A DNA stretch of 64,000 nt, taken from the IMG/VR virus record IMGVR_UViG_3300028030_000001, positions 1 through 64,000 of that record; one strand, 5' to 3'. Shown piece by piece: positions 48,823 through 58,139 of the stretch. Position numbers and translations under genes: made by a program. Source of the DNA: a virus. The notes below the pieces were generated by a model. It saw only the letters and a program-made list of their open reading frames with translations, did not search any database and was not told the DNA's origin. The number at the start of each line of letters is the position of its first letter. The stretch's first letter is position 1.

Positions 48823-48954
48823 GTGTTAACAATGCGCTGAGCCAGACCGCCTACCCGCTGGCGGTTGTGCGTGCGTCTTGCTGGTGTTGTTCTGGTTGTT
48901 CATCATCTACCTCCATACCTGCAATCCGGCGGCTGGCAGCCCTTGACGTTAGGT
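48823..48954 (-). other. attC-like integron recombination site
   Basis: ACCTAAC...GTTAACAC ends; arms gctgccagccgcc and ggcggtctggctcagc pair with bulged bases. Confidence 0.6.
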
Positions 48955-49054
48955 GTCGATTAAAATATTCTTCAGCAATATCGTTTGACATATTGCTTTT
49001 AATTTTTTAATGAGTAACAGCTTTCATATGTAGTGTTTTAATAATTTTCCTCAA

Positions 49055-49504
49055 TTACGCTCTCTCTATCACTTCAAAAAACTTGTCAGCCATTACAGAA
49101 CCTTCCTCAATATACTCATCTTTATCCAGTTTCAGGTGTTCAGTGTATTCTCGAAGCAAGTCTTGTAAATCATCAATAATCACACTACGTTTCCGGCTCG
49201 TTTCGCCATGCAATGTCTCAAGAATTGCAAGCCAGAAATTGATAACACCTGCCATAGTTGCGCCCTTGAACACGTTTTCAGCATCAAACGCATCAAGTTT
49301 ACGTTCAACTGTTTTGATATACTTGACAGCTTTCTTACCTCTCAAAACACTTACAGGCCACTTTGATAACGCATCCGTAGCTGCTTTATGAACTTCTTCA
49401 AGAGCAAGTTCTGGAAAGTGTGGGGCAAGCGTCTCGGCCATGCCAGCGATTGAGGCCAGGATTATGTCTGTTTTCATTCGGGCAGTCATGGTTATTACTT
49501 TCAC
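49055..49504 (-). CDS. hypothetical protein
   Basis: 149-aa helical ORF. Confidence 0.55.
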   Translation of the reverse strand: MKVITMTARMKTDIILASIAGMAETLAPHFPELALEEVHKAATDALSKWPVSVLRGKKAVKYIKTVERKLDAFDAENVFKGATMAGVINFWLAILETLHGETSRKRSVIIDDLQDLLREYTEHLKLDKDEYIEEGSVMADKFFEVIERA

Positions 49505-49518
49505 TTGTTAAGCAACTG

Positions 49519-49746
49519 TTATAAATTGTTTCTAAAACAGTGCAAACCCTTAATAACTTGGTGTGTTGTTAAACCAGCCTTACACAATGTTTTACTGGCA
49601 AACAGCACACGCTCCTTCAAATTGTCATCAGTTAAGTGAGATGTATCAAACCCGAAAAACGTTAAATGTTCACGTATTCTTTGTATGCAAGTTTTTTGTT
49701 GATATACTTTGAACCATGTAACTATATTGAAATTAGTTATTATCAT
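49519..49746 (-). CDS. hypothetical protein
   Basis: Short ORF in minus-strand array. Confidence 0.35.
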   Translation of the reverse strand: MIITNFNIVTWFKVYQQKTCIQRIREHLTFFGFDTSHLTDDNLKERVLFASKTLCKAGLTTHQVIKGLHCFRNNL

Positions 49747-49805
49747 TTTTAGTGCTCGTCGTTTTGGGATAAAACCAATACAGAAGTAAAAATATAGTTT
49801 ATCTA

Positions 49806-50084
49806 CTATTCAGTCCAACACTCTTCACTTCTGTTTATAAGTCCGTCACGTTGTTCAGTATATTTATCTAACTTTCGTTGCAACTGTTCGATTTTACCGT
49901 TCAACAACGACACAACAAACTCATACGCTTCACAGTATGTATCAAATATACGACTATATTCCGTATGTTTTAACTCTCTGTTACCTCTAATCCATATAGA
50001 TTTTTCTGTTTCACGCTCAACTTCTATTTCATGTATGATTCCGTCAGGCCAACGTGTTTTAACTCTGTACTTTTTCATATTCAT
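49806..50084 (-). CDS. hypothetical phage protein
   Basis: EVERETEKSIWI motif; coupled. Confidence 0.6.
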   Translation of the reverse strand: MNMKKYRVKTRWPDGIIHEIEVERETEKSIWIRGNRELKHTEYSRIFDTYCEAYEFVVSLLNGKIEQLQRKLDKYTEQRDGLINRSEECWTE

Positions 50085-50248
50085 CCCCTCTCAGTGTACT
50101 CACATATAGCTTCTTCGCCACAATGTTCACAAATCACGTAATCTTCGTCTGCTGGGTCTTCACAATCATTTTCACACAATTCACCACAGTAAGGACAAGT
50201 CCATACATACCTTTCTTCTGTGTAAGCTACAAATTTTTTAATTTCCAT
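50081..50248 (-). CDS. zinc-ribbon protein
   Basis: CPYC...CEHC; GGAGGT RBS before MEIKK. Confidence 0.6.
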   Translation of the reverse strand: MEIKKFVAYTEERYVWTCPYCGELCENDCEDPADEDYVICEHCGEEAICEYTERG

Positions 50249-50483
50249 TTTTAACCTCCCAATCTTCACACTCAATCACACTCCGACTCTGTTTCGGACA
50301 TACGCCCTTATGACGGCAATTCAAGCATATGTTATATGCCTTCACTTCGTCTTTATATCCGCAATGCGGACAGAACATAATATTGTCAGTGTCGATTACA
50401 TAATCTCCTATTGTCCAATGACCGTGACATACCCCGCAACGGAAGTGATACAGAGTCTCTTTTGTGTAGGATAATTTACTCAT
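50238..50483 (-). CDS. zinc-finger protein
   Basis: CGVC...CPHC...CLNC; GAGG RBS before MSKLS. Confidence 0.6.
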   Translation of the reverse strand: MSKLSYTKETLYHFRCGVCHGHWTIGDYVIDTDNIMFCPHCGYKDEVKAYNICLNCRHKGVCPKQSRSVIECEDWEVKNGN

Positions 50484-50695
50484 TTTTGATTCCTCAAATA
50501 TTCTCGATACGGTAACAGACACTCTTTGAACAAAACCACTGTTCCGTCATCAAGTCTGCACTTATACTTACCATCTTCAAAACCTGTGAATACAGCAGGT
50601 TGTAATGACTCATCAGACTTATTCCTGACAAGCACATTACAACCTGCTGTCATATACACACCAGTTCCAGAACTAATCAGCAATTCCAACTCCAC
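50480..50695 (-). CDS. hypothetical protein
   Basis: Overlap-coupled ORF. Confidence 0.45.
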   Translation of the reverse strand: MELELLISSGTGVYMTAGCNVLVRNKSDESLQPAVFTGFEDGKYKCRLDDGTVVLFKECLLPYREYLRNQK

Positions 50696-51018
50696 TTCAA
50701 AGTCTCACCGATTACTTCCTGGAGACTGCTTATGTCCATGATTTTCTTTGTGGCAGTAACCTGAACCTTGATACACTCAAAGAAATGATTTATACGACCT
50801 TCTGCTTTGAGCCTGTTGTAAAATGTCTCAGGATCAATAGGGGCATACTTCTTGGCAGACTTCACAACCAAGACGCCTTCATCAGCCATATATGTCCCAG
50901 GCTTGTCTATATCCAATTCCTTCTTTATGGCCTTCAACTGAGCCTCAAGCTCCTTGATCTGATTATTAATCCTGCAAGCCTTGTTGATAAGTGATGCTTT
51001 CCTTCCGGTAACTTTCAT
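50677..51018 (-). CDS. hypothetical protein
   Basis: AAGGAG RBS directly behind promoter. Confidence 0.65.
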   Translation of the reverse strand: MKVTGRKASLINKACRINNQIKELEAQLKAIKKELDIDKPGTYMADEGVLVVKSAKKYAPIDPETFYNRLKAEGRINHFFECIKVQVTATKKIMDISSLQEVIGETLKWSWNC

Positions 51019-51065
51019 GATTTGTCTCCTTTCGTGATTAAGATTAACGATTAACGATTAAGACT

Positions 51066-51094
51066 ACAATAACATACGTTTTACAGTATGTCAA
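51066..51094 (-). promoter_or_regulatory. sigma70-type promoter (copy 2 of 32-bp repeat)
   Basis: TTGACA-17-TATTGT. Confidence 0.75.
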
Positions 51095-51157
51095 CAACTT
51101 TTTATTCGTTCATACTAATTTTCACACCTTGCTTTTTATTAAAATCGTTAAAACTCA

Positions 51158-52690
51158 TTACAGAGTTTTAACAAAATTTGTTGAAAAAGAAATAGGTGAT
51201 ACAAACTCTTCCAACAAACTTTTTAACTTGTACCGATTCAACTTCTTCGGTACAAGTCTTCCAAACGCATCAGCATTATGCAACTTGGACTTCAGAACAT
51301 CTGAAGTCAATCTGTTACATAAATTCATTGATGCATTATGGTCTGCATTATCTTCATATCCACATTGAACACATTTGAAATCTTTTTGTGTCAAGCGATT
51401 CTTTCTGTCTATAAATCCACAATCAGAACATTGTTGAGACGAATATGAAGCATGAGTTACATGAACTCTGATTCCTAACTTTTCTCCAATTCTTACAAGA
51501 GCATTCTTAACACTACTTAAATGAAGAAGTTTAGAAAGTCTAATCCATTTGATTCCAAACTCTTCACAAAAACCGAATTTATCTTTGAGTAACAAATCTT
51601 CAACGACTAAATCTGTTACTCCTTTATTGCTTAATGTTCTTAGAATATTGGAGCAAAGATAATCAAAATAACCTTTCAATCTCCTATGGATTTTCTTCAG
51701 TTTCTTTAATTGTCCAGAGTCAAGATTTTGATAACCAATCTCATCAAACTGTTTCAAAAGTTCAATCTGTTTCTTGATAAAATTTCTATCAAAGTCAAAT
51801 TCAGTTCCATCTGAACACACAGCAAAATTATGTTTCAGATTTACATCCAGACCAACAGCTCTGTAACACTCTGAAACGAAATCTGGGTCATCAGCATTGC
51901 AGGTTGTAACTACATGTACTTTACTTTTGTTCTCTCTTCTAAAAATGAGAAACTCTTTTGCAATCAATTTATCTGGGGTATGATAATCAAAATTAGTCTG
52001 TAACGGCAGATAAATCCCGCCATAACCTTTCTTAAGTTTCAGATAAAGCCACCAATTATAAAGGCTATTTGTTTCATCTTGTACTATTTGAGCATAATTT
52101 TTAGATGCTTTCAAAACTGCTTCATTCTTGTACTCAATCTTTCTAACATTAGATATTGCTCTTTGACGAATTTGTTGAGAAATCTTAACAATTCTATCGA
52201 AATATGGTTTTGACTCGTAATAATTAAGTGCTTCCTGGAACCAATCATTTTTGGCAGATTCAAATTGTTCTGGATTTAAGTAAACCAAAAATTTGATAAA
52301 TTTGCTTAAATTAGTTGGCTTTTTTATTAACTTAAAATTTTTTACGTCTCCAACCTTATGTTTCTTGGTTTTTCTTTTGTAACGAGAAACTTTAATGTCT
52401 TTCTGTATCTTTAGATTTACTTTCTTTAATTGAGCTTTAACACTGTTCTCATACAATCTAACTTGAAACTGATATTCTTTCTGAATATTACAAGCTGGGA
52501 CTATATCAGAAGTAAACTGAGCATATTGTTGGAGTAGAACTTTCTTGTTCGTTATAAGACAAACAAGATTATCAAAGATATAATCATTGATTTTGTCTCG
52601 TAACCAAGTCAATTCATTAAAAACCAAATCAAGAACATCATTCTTGCTTTGATTCTGTCTGTATGCTGTATATCTTTGTGATTTAATCAT
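51158..52690 (-). CDS. tnpB: TnpB-family RNA-guided endonuclease (no TnpA in window)
   Basis: RuvC-I VGLDVN, RuvC-II VVEDL, zinc ribbon CSDCG...CVQCG, RuvC-III NADHNASMN. Confidence 0.9.
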   Translation of the reverse strand: MIKSQRYTAYRQNQSKNDVLDLVFNELTWLRDKINDYIFDNLVCLITNKKVLLQQYAQFTSDIVPACNIQKEYQFQVRLYENSVKAQLKKVNLKIQKDIKVSRYKRKTKKHKVGDVKNFKLIKKPTNLSKFIKFLVYLNPEQFESAKNDWFQEALNYYESKPYFDRIVKISQQIRQRAISNVRKIEYKNEAVLKASKNYAQIVQDETNSLYNWWLYLKLKKGYGGIYLPLQTNFDYHTPDKLIAKEFLIFRRENKSKVHVVTTCNADDPDFVSECYRAVGLDVNLKHNFAVCSDGTEFDFDRNFIKKQIELLKQFDEIGYQNLDSGQLKKLKKIHRRLKGYFDYLCSNILRTLSNKGVTDLVVEDLLLKDKFGFCEEFGIKWIRLSKLLHLSSVKNALVRIGEKLGIRVHVTHASYSSQQCSDCGFIDRKNRLTQKDFKCVQCGYEDNADHNASMNLCNRLTSDVLKSKLHNADAFGRLVPKKLNRYKLKSLLEEFVSPISFSTNFVKTL

Positions 52691-52721
52691 TTTTATTAAA
52701 GATTAAAATGGTTTTTATCCT

Positions 52722-55430
52722 CTATATTATTTTCATCAACATATTTATGAAACTGTCCTTATTCCGTTTCTTGGCTACCCTGAAACCGAGCCGTTTCATC
52801 TCATCAATAAATTTATGTCTTGGCATGGGTCTCTTATCCATACTGCCAGCAGTCTCTCTATAAGCCTTATAAACCTCTTTTACACCTACTGCCGGAGGTT
52901 TTGTTTCAGGCGGTTTTACCTTGCTGATACTGTATGTAGCCAGGAACGCTTCGAGTACATCTTCTGATATTTTCCACTCATTCATCAACTTATGGTGTGA
53001 TTTGGTGAGTGTAAAGTTGTTTTGGGCAAGCAACCTTTCAAGACCTTCACATGCCCAGCCAAGAATCTGAGGCATTTCGTGTAGCAGTTTGGTTGCCAGT
53101 CTCACATCTTTATCTCTTTCTTTGATAACTTGAGCAAACTCAAACATTAACCAACGCCTTAACATACCATGTGACATATCAGACGTTTTTATAAGGTGGT
53201 TTGAACTGAATACCTGAGCCGCATCGCATACGAAACTGTACGGGTGTCCGTACTTTCTTCGGGCAGAAATCAGGACATTATCGACTACAGCTTTGAAGTT
53301 GTCAGAGGACAGTACCTGGGTTTGAGGTAGCTCGGAAACTACATTGAGCAATTTGTCAGTAAGTTCAGCCCGCATACATGGATCAGTAAAATCATAAGGA
53401 CTGACTGATACAACCAATTCATCAGGAAGTAATGACCTTAACACATTCATAACGACTGATTTTCCGTTAGAACCAATCCCATAGAAAAGCACAGCCTTAT
53501 GAAATTTGTTAAGCATACCGAATATTACGGCTCCAAACACTTCCTGAAGTACAAGAATCTGGTCAGGATCACGTAAAAATGCCCAACGTAAGAATCTGAG
53601 CCATTTTTCAGGCATATTTTTCCTGTCAACTTCCGTTTTCAGTTTGTATCTTGTTTTTAATTCAGGACTCGGTGCAGTTTCTGTAACCTTCCCATCTTCT
53701 ATTATGTACACCCTGTTTTCCGGTGTAACAAATGAGACAGGAGCATTAACAAAGAACTGCTCATCTTCTTTCATTTCGTAGATATGTCTTGCGATAGAAA
53801 TATAATCACCCCTCTTTTTGCATACGTTGTAGGTATCACCAAAGAATCCAGCTATCTCTACAGATATTGTACTGATAGGTACAGGAACCCATCTTGCCTT
53901 TCCGTCATATCTGTAAATCATATCATAACAACCAACTAATTCATGCGGTTGTGTTGACAAATACGCCATAGCAATTCCGTGGTGTGAATTTTCAACTTCA
54001 AGATCATCATCTAATTCTACACCTTCTACAGAAGTTTCTTCAGACTTTTCGTAGCTTTTAACCTCTTTATCCAGTACAGGTTTCCTTACGCCTACCGTCT
54101 TTGCAACTTTGGATAGATACTGCTCATACCTGATTGCATCAGCTTTTTTAAGTAAGCTGAGGCGAGCCAATCCGGTGTCTAACACTTCATCAGATGATGT
54201 ATTTTTTAACCACTCATCGAGTGTTTCTGACGGCTCTATACAAGTATAAACACGGCCTCCGTGAGCGAACGAATTTATGATTATCTCGTAATCGCTCTTA
54301 TAAAATATCTTGGCCTTGCTCTTGCCATAATCAGGTTCGATAGGGTCACGAATCACCATATCTTCATATTTTTCTCTGTTCGTGAACAAATCTGCAACCT
54401 TTATAGGCTCGTTGTCGTTTGTATAGATAATATCGTCCGGCAACAGAACGCCGGACAACCGACTCGTCACAGTTCTGGTAGGGTGCTTTACATCTCCATG
54501 TTTCTTTAATTGCTCTGTCTGTTGTTTCACATACTCTTCCCTGATTTCCTTAGCTTGATTGACATATTTGTTTTTCTCAAGTTTAATCAAACCCTGGACA
54601 GCTTGTGTATGGGCAGGACTGATAGGCTCGGTTTTGTTCGTGTCCAGTGCAATACCTGGATAGAATTTTGACTCAACAGGTATCTGACACACAGGATCAG
54701 TACATCCTGCACGTGCCGCAAAATCAAGGCGTTCAGGAGAGAACACAGCCGTATCAAACAGAACACGAGGCAACAATGTTCCAGCTTTTGATATAAGAAA
54801 CCAGCCAAGACCTTCAAACCAGCATATATTGGTCAGAATCTGTACCAGTTCCTTAATCTTGGTAAAGTCCGAAACAGGAACATACACTCTCTGTCCTGTA
54901 ACGCCTTGAACAAGCTCTTTATTATTGCCTTGTTTCAGATAGATACAAGACGAAGCAGATGGACGCCATAACATAGCCGCATCACGCAACAACCAGTGCA
55001 GGTTTTTAAGCCGTTTAACAAGCTGATTACCTATAAACGGTGTTGTGTCAGGAGGCGGGTCATAATCAAAATACATAATCCCGCCTTCATCCGGCCACAC
55101 TATGTCATCGAGTGTTCTTGTTATAGCGTTCTTGTACCGTTCAGGCTCGTCCTCTTTGAGTTGCCTGCTGACAATCTCATACTTGGTACGTCTGTCTGAA
55201 CCTGTTACATAGATTTTGGGAACACCTGCAACAATAGCCTGATTTGTCTTGAGGTTATTCAGAAACTCGTCAAGTTTTTCAAAGTTTATTTTAACAACCT
55301 CAAGTACACCCTCTACCAAGTAACACTCACTTGCATCTTTTACGAGCGCACCTGATTCATCCTGATATATGCGTTTGGTCAACAAGCCGTCCTGTTTCGT
55401 TATTACACTAAACGTAACTGGAATCGGCAT
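52722..55430 (-). CDS. primase-helicase (primase N-terminus plus D5/P4-family SF3 helicase)
   Basis: FDYD in N-terminus; YGIGSNGKS Walker A, VSEL, SSNH, RRW. Confidence 0.88.
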   Translation of the reverse strand: MPIPVTFSVITKQDGLLTKRIYQDESGALVKDASECYLVEGVLEVVKINFEKLDEFLNNLKTNQAIVAGVPKIYVTGSDRRTKYEIVSRQLKEDEPERYKNAITRTLDDIVWPDEGGIMYFDYDPPPDTTPFIGNQLVKRLKNLHWLLRDAAMLWRPSASSCIYLKQGNNKELVQGVTGQRVYVPVSDFTKIKELVQILTNICWFEGLGWFLISKAGTLLPRVLFDTAVFSPERLDFAARAGCTDPVCQIPVESKFYPGIALDTNKTEPISPAHTQAVQGLIKLEKNKYVNQAKEIREEYVKQQTEQLKKHGDVKHPTRTVTSRLSGVLLPDDIIYTNDNEPIKVADLFTNREKYEDMVIRDPIEPDYGKSKAKIFYKSDYEIIINSFAHGGRVYTCIEPSETLDEWLKNTSSDEVLDTGLARLSLLKKADAIRYEQYLSKVAKTVGVRKPVLDKEVKSYEKSEETSVEGVELDDDLEVENSHHGIAMAYLSTQPHELVGCYDMIYRYDGKARWVPVPISTISVEIAGFFGDTYNVCKKRGDYISIARHIYEMKEDEQFFVNAPVSFVTPENRVYIIEDGKVTETAPSPELKTRYKLKTEVDRKNMPEKWLRFLRWAFLRDPDQILVLQEVFGAVIFGMLNKFHKAVLFYGIGSNGKSVVMNVLRSLLPDELVVSVSPYDFTDPCMRAELTDKLLNVVSELPQTQVLSSDNFKAVVDNVLISARRKYGHPYSFVCDAAQVFSSNHLIKTSDMSHGMLRRWLMFEFAQVIKERDKDVRLATKLLHEMPQILGWACEGLERLLAQNNFTLTKSHHKLMNEWKISEDVLEAFLATYSISKVKPPETKPPAVGVKEVYKAYRETAGSMDKRPMPRHKFIDEMKRLGFRVAKKRNKDSFINMLMKII

Positions 55431-55433
55431 TTG

Positions 55434-55628
55434 TTACCTCTCTGTCATATACAGGTCTTCAAGCGTCACTTCTCCGTCTGTAGCTATTACTATGTTTTGG
55501 GCCATACTTGGCCTCGGAGTCCTCTTACCTTGCACCCACAAGGTAATTGCAGACACAGAACAACCTACAATATCTGCAAATTCCTCATAGGTCATGTCAT
55601 ATCTTTTGATGTATTGTTCAATGGTCAT
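55434..55628 (-). CDS. Cro/XRE-like HTH regulator
   Basis: TYEEFADIVGCSVSAITLWVQGKRTP; start at MTIEQ. Confidence 0.82.
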   Translation of the reverse strand: MTIEQYIKRYDMTYEEFADIVGCSVSAITLWVQGKRTPRPSMAQNIVIATDGEVTLEDLYMTER

Positions 55629-55630
55629 AG

Positions 55631-55843
55631 TTATACGCCTTTTTTCTCGTAATGCATACACCAAGCACGTTTTTTAGTTGCGAAAGTGTGTCTGGTACAT
55701 CTTTTGTTAATCTCTTTTTTATAATATTTGCGCGGACCTGCAGGTATAATTTCTGAGCTATACCACCTACAGTTAGCGCACATAGGGCCTTCGGTAGTCC
55801 AACCAATTTCCTTTTTAATGTCTGCTACTGTTGTTCGTGCCAT
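55631..55843 (-). CDS. small Cys-containing protein
   Basis: GAGG RBS before MARTT; CANC...C...C. Confidence 0.5.
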   Translation of the reverse strand: MARTTVADIKKEIGWTTEGPMCANCRWYSSEIIPAGPRKYYKKEINKRCTRHTFATKKRAWCMHYEKKGV

Positions 55844-55853
55844 ATTATTCCTC

Positions 55854-56165
55854 TTAGTTGATGGATTGATTTGACGGTGTGGAACTGGAAGGTTTGATGA
55901 TGTTTGAGCCGAACCGCTGTTCATACGTGTTATAGACCTGTTCAACAATCGAATCGGTTACAGATATGACGTGAGCTTTTTCAATCTCGATTGTGATGTC
56001 ATTTGAAATCGGATTCGGTTCGGCTCCGAACATGAACGGCATGAAAAGGATGGACTGTTGTTGTGGCACGAGTACCATAGGATTTGTTACTTTGTACTTG
56101 TGGCTCGTTTCCTGTTTGATTTTTGCGATTACTGTCTCGCCTGAGACAAGTTTGAAAAGATGCAT
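55854..56165 (-). CDS. Sm-like fold phage protein
   Basis: FKLVSGETVIAK...NPM...MPF...Y...FGS-IIKP pattern; GGAGG RBS. Confidence 0.6.
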   Translation of the reverse strand: MHLFKLVSGETVIAKIKQETSHKYKVTNPMVLVPQQQSILFMPFMFGAEPNPISNDITIEIEKAHVISVTDSIVEQVYNTYEQRFGSNIIKPSSSTPSNQSIN

Positions 56166-56203
56166 ATTTTCCTCCTAGATTAAAAGTGAAAGTGGATTTT
56201 GTC

Positions 56204-56232
56204 AGGTTAGCACAATATTTACGGTATGTCAA
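56204..56232 (-). promoter_or_regulatory. sigma70-type promoter
   Basis: TTGACA-17-TAACCT. Confidence 0.7.
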
Positions 56233-56273
56233 CAGACTATTTTCTGAACGTCATTGATACTGTCAGGAATTTT

Positions 56274-56459
56274 TCATGGCATATACTCCTTGTACTCTTC
56301 ATAAAACACTGTAGGAATACAATCTGTATCTATTTCGCCTGTTATATTGTCAGCACAACAAGCCGGGCAATACCCTGAAATAAATTCACTGTCCTTGGCC
56401 GTATACCCACACCATTCGCATCTGTGACAAAACGGCTTTAACTCTTTCTGATCTTTCAT
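56274..56459 (-). CDS. zinc-ribbon protein
   Basis: CEWC...CPAC; ATGA-coupled. Confidence 0.55.
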   Translation of the reverse strand: MKDQKELKPFCHRCEWCGYTAKDSEFISGYCPACCADNITGEIDTDCIPTVFYEEYKEYMP

Positions 56460-56731
56460 GATTCAGCCTCCGCAAAGTTCCACTTCCTGAGCAAAGTTAT
56501 ATAGACTTCATATCCGTCCCTGTCATGAGCCTTAATCAAGCCCTGTTCAGCATTGATTACCTCAGCGTTCTCAAGTGCTTCATGATCAAAAGTTATTTCG
56601 TAATAATAACCTTCAGGCGCACTATGAGAGAACACAAACAAGCTCTTATCATTGATCGAATACAAGTCATAACATCTGTTATTTATCATAAACCCGTCAG
56701 CCTTATAGATGGTCTCAAGTATATTTTTCAT
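56456..56731 (-). CDS. hypothetical protein
   Basis: AAGGAG RBS. Confidence 0.6.
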   Translation of the reverse strand: MKNILETIYKADGFMINNRCYDLYSINDKSLFVFSHSAPEGYYYEITFDHEALENAEVINAEQGLIKAHDRDGYEVYITLLRKWNFAEAES

Positions 56732-56812
56732 AATTCGTCTCCTTTCGTGTATCGTATATATTATTCTGTGAACTACAAAATGTGTTGTGTCTCATCCATG
56801 AGACACATCAGG

Positions 56813-57094
56813 TTAATAAACATCAGTTTCGCCAAGGTTCGCAATCAACTGTTCTTTTACTTCATCTTCAAATTCAGCCCAATTATCAGGCTCATACTCT
56901 CTGCCATCCTCATCGTACACATGATAAATCCTGACATCAGTTATCTCAGGAACGATGGCATATTTTGGAGTAAGAGCGAACGGGTTTCGTGTATATTGCG
57001 GAACCTCTTTGATGTTTAGGTCATATTCACCTATGACCAGTAGTGTTTTGTTGACATAATCAAAGTCAAAATCAAAATCGTGTGTCTGTTTCAT
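56813..57094 (-). CDS. hypothetical acidic protein
   Basis: GAGGAG RBS before MKQTH. Confidence 0.55.
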   Translation of the reverse strand: MKQTHDFDFDFDYVNKTLLVIGEYDLNIKEVPQYTRNPFALTPKYAIVPEITDVRIYHVYDEDGREYEPDNWAEFEDEVKEQLIANLGETDVY

Positions 57095-57098
57095 ATTG

Positions 57099-57374
57099 CT
57101 ACTCCTCAAGAAACGCTTTCATATCATCAATGGTAACAATGACTGTACGAGTTGTGTCAGGAACTCTTACAGTCATTTTACCTTTATTCTTGCCTCGTTT
57201 AGCCTTCCTGAATTCAGCACCTTTAACAACCATCTCTTTGCATTTTGACGGGTCTTTATCTCCTACCCAGCCTGCATAATACAGTCGGAAATTTTCAGAA
57301 ACATTACCAAGTTTCTTGTAAGCGGCTTTGCCATAAGCTGTATCTCCAAGCAAATCTATAATCATATCATGCAT
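57099..57374 (-). CDS. hypothetical protein
   Basis: AAGGAG RBS; coupled. Confidence 0.6.
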   Translation of the reverse strand: MHDMIIDLLGDTAYGKAAYKKLGNVSENFRLYYAGWVGDKDPSKCKEMVVKGAEFRKAKRGKNKGKMTVRVPDTTRTVIVTIDDMKAFLEE

Positions 57375-58077
57375 AATCTTGTCTCCTTTGTCTCCTTTTG
57401 AATCTGTAACCTGCTTCGTTCAACGCCTGAGCCAGAATCTTGTCTGGTACAGGACTATGGCCGGGATGCATCGTAGGCAAAATCGACTCAATATCCGCTG
57501 AGAAGTGTGGCCAGAATGGGAGCATCGTCATATTGTGTTCAGTAATCTCAGGTGTTGTATCAGCATAAGTAGGTATCGTTTTATACGCCACATCATACCT
57601 GAACACCATAGATTGAGCGGTCATCAGTACAACATCATATGCAGACATAGCTGACACCAAATACTTTTTGAACTGTTCTGCATGTTCTGACATATACAGA
57701 ATCCTGAATATATCCATATGTCGTTCCTCGTATGTGTACTCGTTAGTGATAGGAAACCTTCTTATAGTCTGTTGATACACAGAATGGTTGAAATGACAAT
57801 CGCCGTGTTGTTTAGACCACGGACAATCCATACACTCACTTTCTACAAACTCGATACAGTACGGACACAGATCAGAATCATCTGCGGCATTAGCGAATGC
57901 CCAGGACAGAATGTTGAACGTTAACTGGACAAGTACATTAGGCCGTTCGTGTGTGTAGCTGATTACTTCTGGATCGTTGTAGTACCTGGCCTGCCGTGGA
58001 GCATATTCAGAAATAGCTTCCGCTTTGAAGTCCATAAACTTCTTTGCTATCTCTTTGTACAGTTCGATATTTTTCAT
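57367..58077 (-). CDS. five-Cys family early protein, copy 1
   Basis: DLCPYC...CMDC...GDC...SVY; AAGGAG RBS. Confidence 0.65.
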   Translation of the reverse strand: MKNIELYKEIAKKFMDFKAEAISEYAPRQARYYNDPEVISYTHERPNVLVQLTFNILSWAFANAADDSDLCPYCIEFVESECMDCPWSKQHGDCHFNHSVYQQTIRRFPITNEYTYEERHMDIFRILYMSEHAEQFKKYLVSAMSAYDVVLMTAQSMVFRYDVAYKTIPTYADTTPEITEHNMTMLPFWPHFSADIESILPTMHPGHSPVPDKILAQALNEAGYRFKRRQRRQDYA

Positions 58078-58100
58078 GTTTCGTCTCCTTTAGTGTGTGT

Positions 58101-58129
58101 AGCAGGTGTCACAATTTGTGACACCTGCT
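58101..58129. promoter_or_regulatory. palindromic operator-like site 1
   Basis: agcaggtgtcacaa-t-ttgtgacacctgct, perfect 14-bp arms. Confidence 0.65.
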
Positions 58130-58139
58130 GTAGCTCAAC

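Noticed and set aside
48852-48992. Short - strand ORF (MSNDIAEEY...) running through the attC-like site
   Set aside because: No RBS; better explained as a remnant plus the palindromic site.
51019-51160. Possible CRISPR array next to TnpB (Cas12f-like system)
   Set aside because: Only short GATTAA units in a 5' leader; no repeat-spacer structure was found here or noticed elsewhere in the window.
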